This document shows, piece by piece, positions 5,886 to 6,558 of a stretch of DNA of 6,558 nucleotides. The notes under the pieces are model-generated. The model worked only from the letters and a program-made list of their open reading frames with translations. It did not search any database and had not been told where the DNA came from. Position numbers and translations under genes: made by a program. This DNA comes from Prasinococcaceae sp. CCMP 1430 (lineage: Eukaryota; Plantae; Prasinodermophyta), in NCBI GenBank assembly GCA_013416795.1, contig RQSC01000027.1, positions 769,936 to 776,493 of the forward strand, in the 5' to 3' direction. Numbering within the stretch: the first letter of the stretch is position 1; the number at the start of each line of letters is the position of its first letter.

Positions 5886-6557
5886 CTATGCCCAGTACTT
5901 CCTGACCTTCTTGAGCAGATCGGAGACGTCGAGCTCCTCCGCCTTGGCGGCGAGCACAAAGTCGTTGAAAGACGTGCCACCCAGTGCAGGCGTAGACACG
6001 CGCACCGTCAGGCTGTTGGTGTCCTCGTCAATGCTGTAGCCAGCCAACGGGTGGCCCTGCTCGGTCGCAAGCGCCTCGAAGCGCGCGGCCATCTCGGCGC
6101 ACGCGTCCGGGGTGCGGCCGGGCCATGTGCGCTCCAGCGCGTCGCCGGACTCGCTGGGAGTCCACGACTTGACGTTGGCGAGGTTGAGCTGCTTCAGCAG
6201 CACCTCGGCCTCCTCGCCGTTGACGGCCTTCGCCGCGCCCTCAGCCGAGCACTGCTGATTCATCAACGAGTTGCGGTCGAGCTTGCGGATGTTAGGGATC
6301 AGGATCTCGTGCTCGGTGTCGGGATTGCCCAGCACCCTCTCGCCGAAGTTGCTCGCCAGCTCAGCGGCGAAAGGGTCTCGCGCGCCGATGTCACCGAGCA
6401 GGCTGGCGCTTGCGAGGTTGGAGGCCGAGTCTTGCAGCTCAGAACCGCTGGACTCGGCCCCTTGCGTCACGCCGGACGGCCCGCCGCCCTCAGCGGCACG
6501 AGCGGCAGCACGCCTCGGCCGGCGCGCCGCCGCTGCGGGGTTTGCGGCGCCTCCGCG
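5886..6557 (-). CDS. RAF2: Rubisco accumulation factor 2 / pterin-4a-carbinolamine dehydratase-like plastid protein (5'-partial)
   Basis: LLGDIGARDPFAAELASNFGERVLGNPDTEHEILIPN, GGTSFNDFVLAAK and C-terminal KYWA* match recalled plant RAF2/SDIRIP1 (FLGDFGARDP...STEHKILIPN...GGLSMNDFIMAAK...RAWA). The frame stays open to the window edge with an Ala/Arg-rich transit-peptide-like stretch (RGGAANPAAAARRPRRAAARAAE). The true ATG lies outside the window. Confidence 0.88.
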   Translation of the reverse strand, partial: RGGAANPAAAARRPRRAAARAAEGGGPSGVTQGAESSGSELQDSASNLASASLLGDIGARDPFAAELASNFGERVLGNPDTEHEILIPNIRKLDRNSLMNQQCSAEGAAKAVNGEEAEVLLKQLNLANVKSWTPSESGDALERTWPGRTPDACAEMAARFEALATEQGHPLAGYSIDEDTNSLTVRVSTPALGGTSFNDFVLAAKAEELDVSDLLKKVRKYWA

Positions 6558-6558
6558 C

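Noticed and set aside
1-6558. CRISPR arrays, tRNA/rRNA genes, transposase ORFs, bacterial operon structure
   Set aside because: No regularly spaced direct repeats, cloverleaf or rRNA signatures, or transposase motifs; introns show a eukaryotic nuclear context.

Overview
This is a very GC-rich eukaryotic nuclear segment, most likely from a green alga. The evidence is spliceosomal GTGCGC...CAG introns, CTAAC/CTGAC branch points, a TGTAA polyA-like signal and a RAF2 homologue. It holds four protein genes. (1) An EF-hand/calmodulin-like gene on the - strand with one intron (1896->988). (2) A nuclear-encoded complex I 49-kDa subunit (nad7/NDUFS2/NUO7) on the + strand with an apparently acquired mitochondrial presequence (~2556-3997). 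(3) On the - strand, an intron-containing SH3b + NlpC/P60 peptidoglycan endopeptidase. It resembles cyanobacterial gamma-D-glutamyl-diamino-acid endopeptidases (AvPCP/NpPCP type) and keeps the Cys-His-His triad (5468->4110). (4) A 5'-truncated PCD-like Rubisco accumulation factor 2 (RAF2) on the - strand (>6557->5886). The most notable item is the cyanobacterial-type cell-wall peptidase as a domesticated eukaryotic gene. Positions 1-650 are non-coding, with an imperfect inverted repeat, a G-quadruplex motif and small hairpins. All homology calls come from motif recognition and recalled reference sequences; no database search was run. Splice models are predictions.
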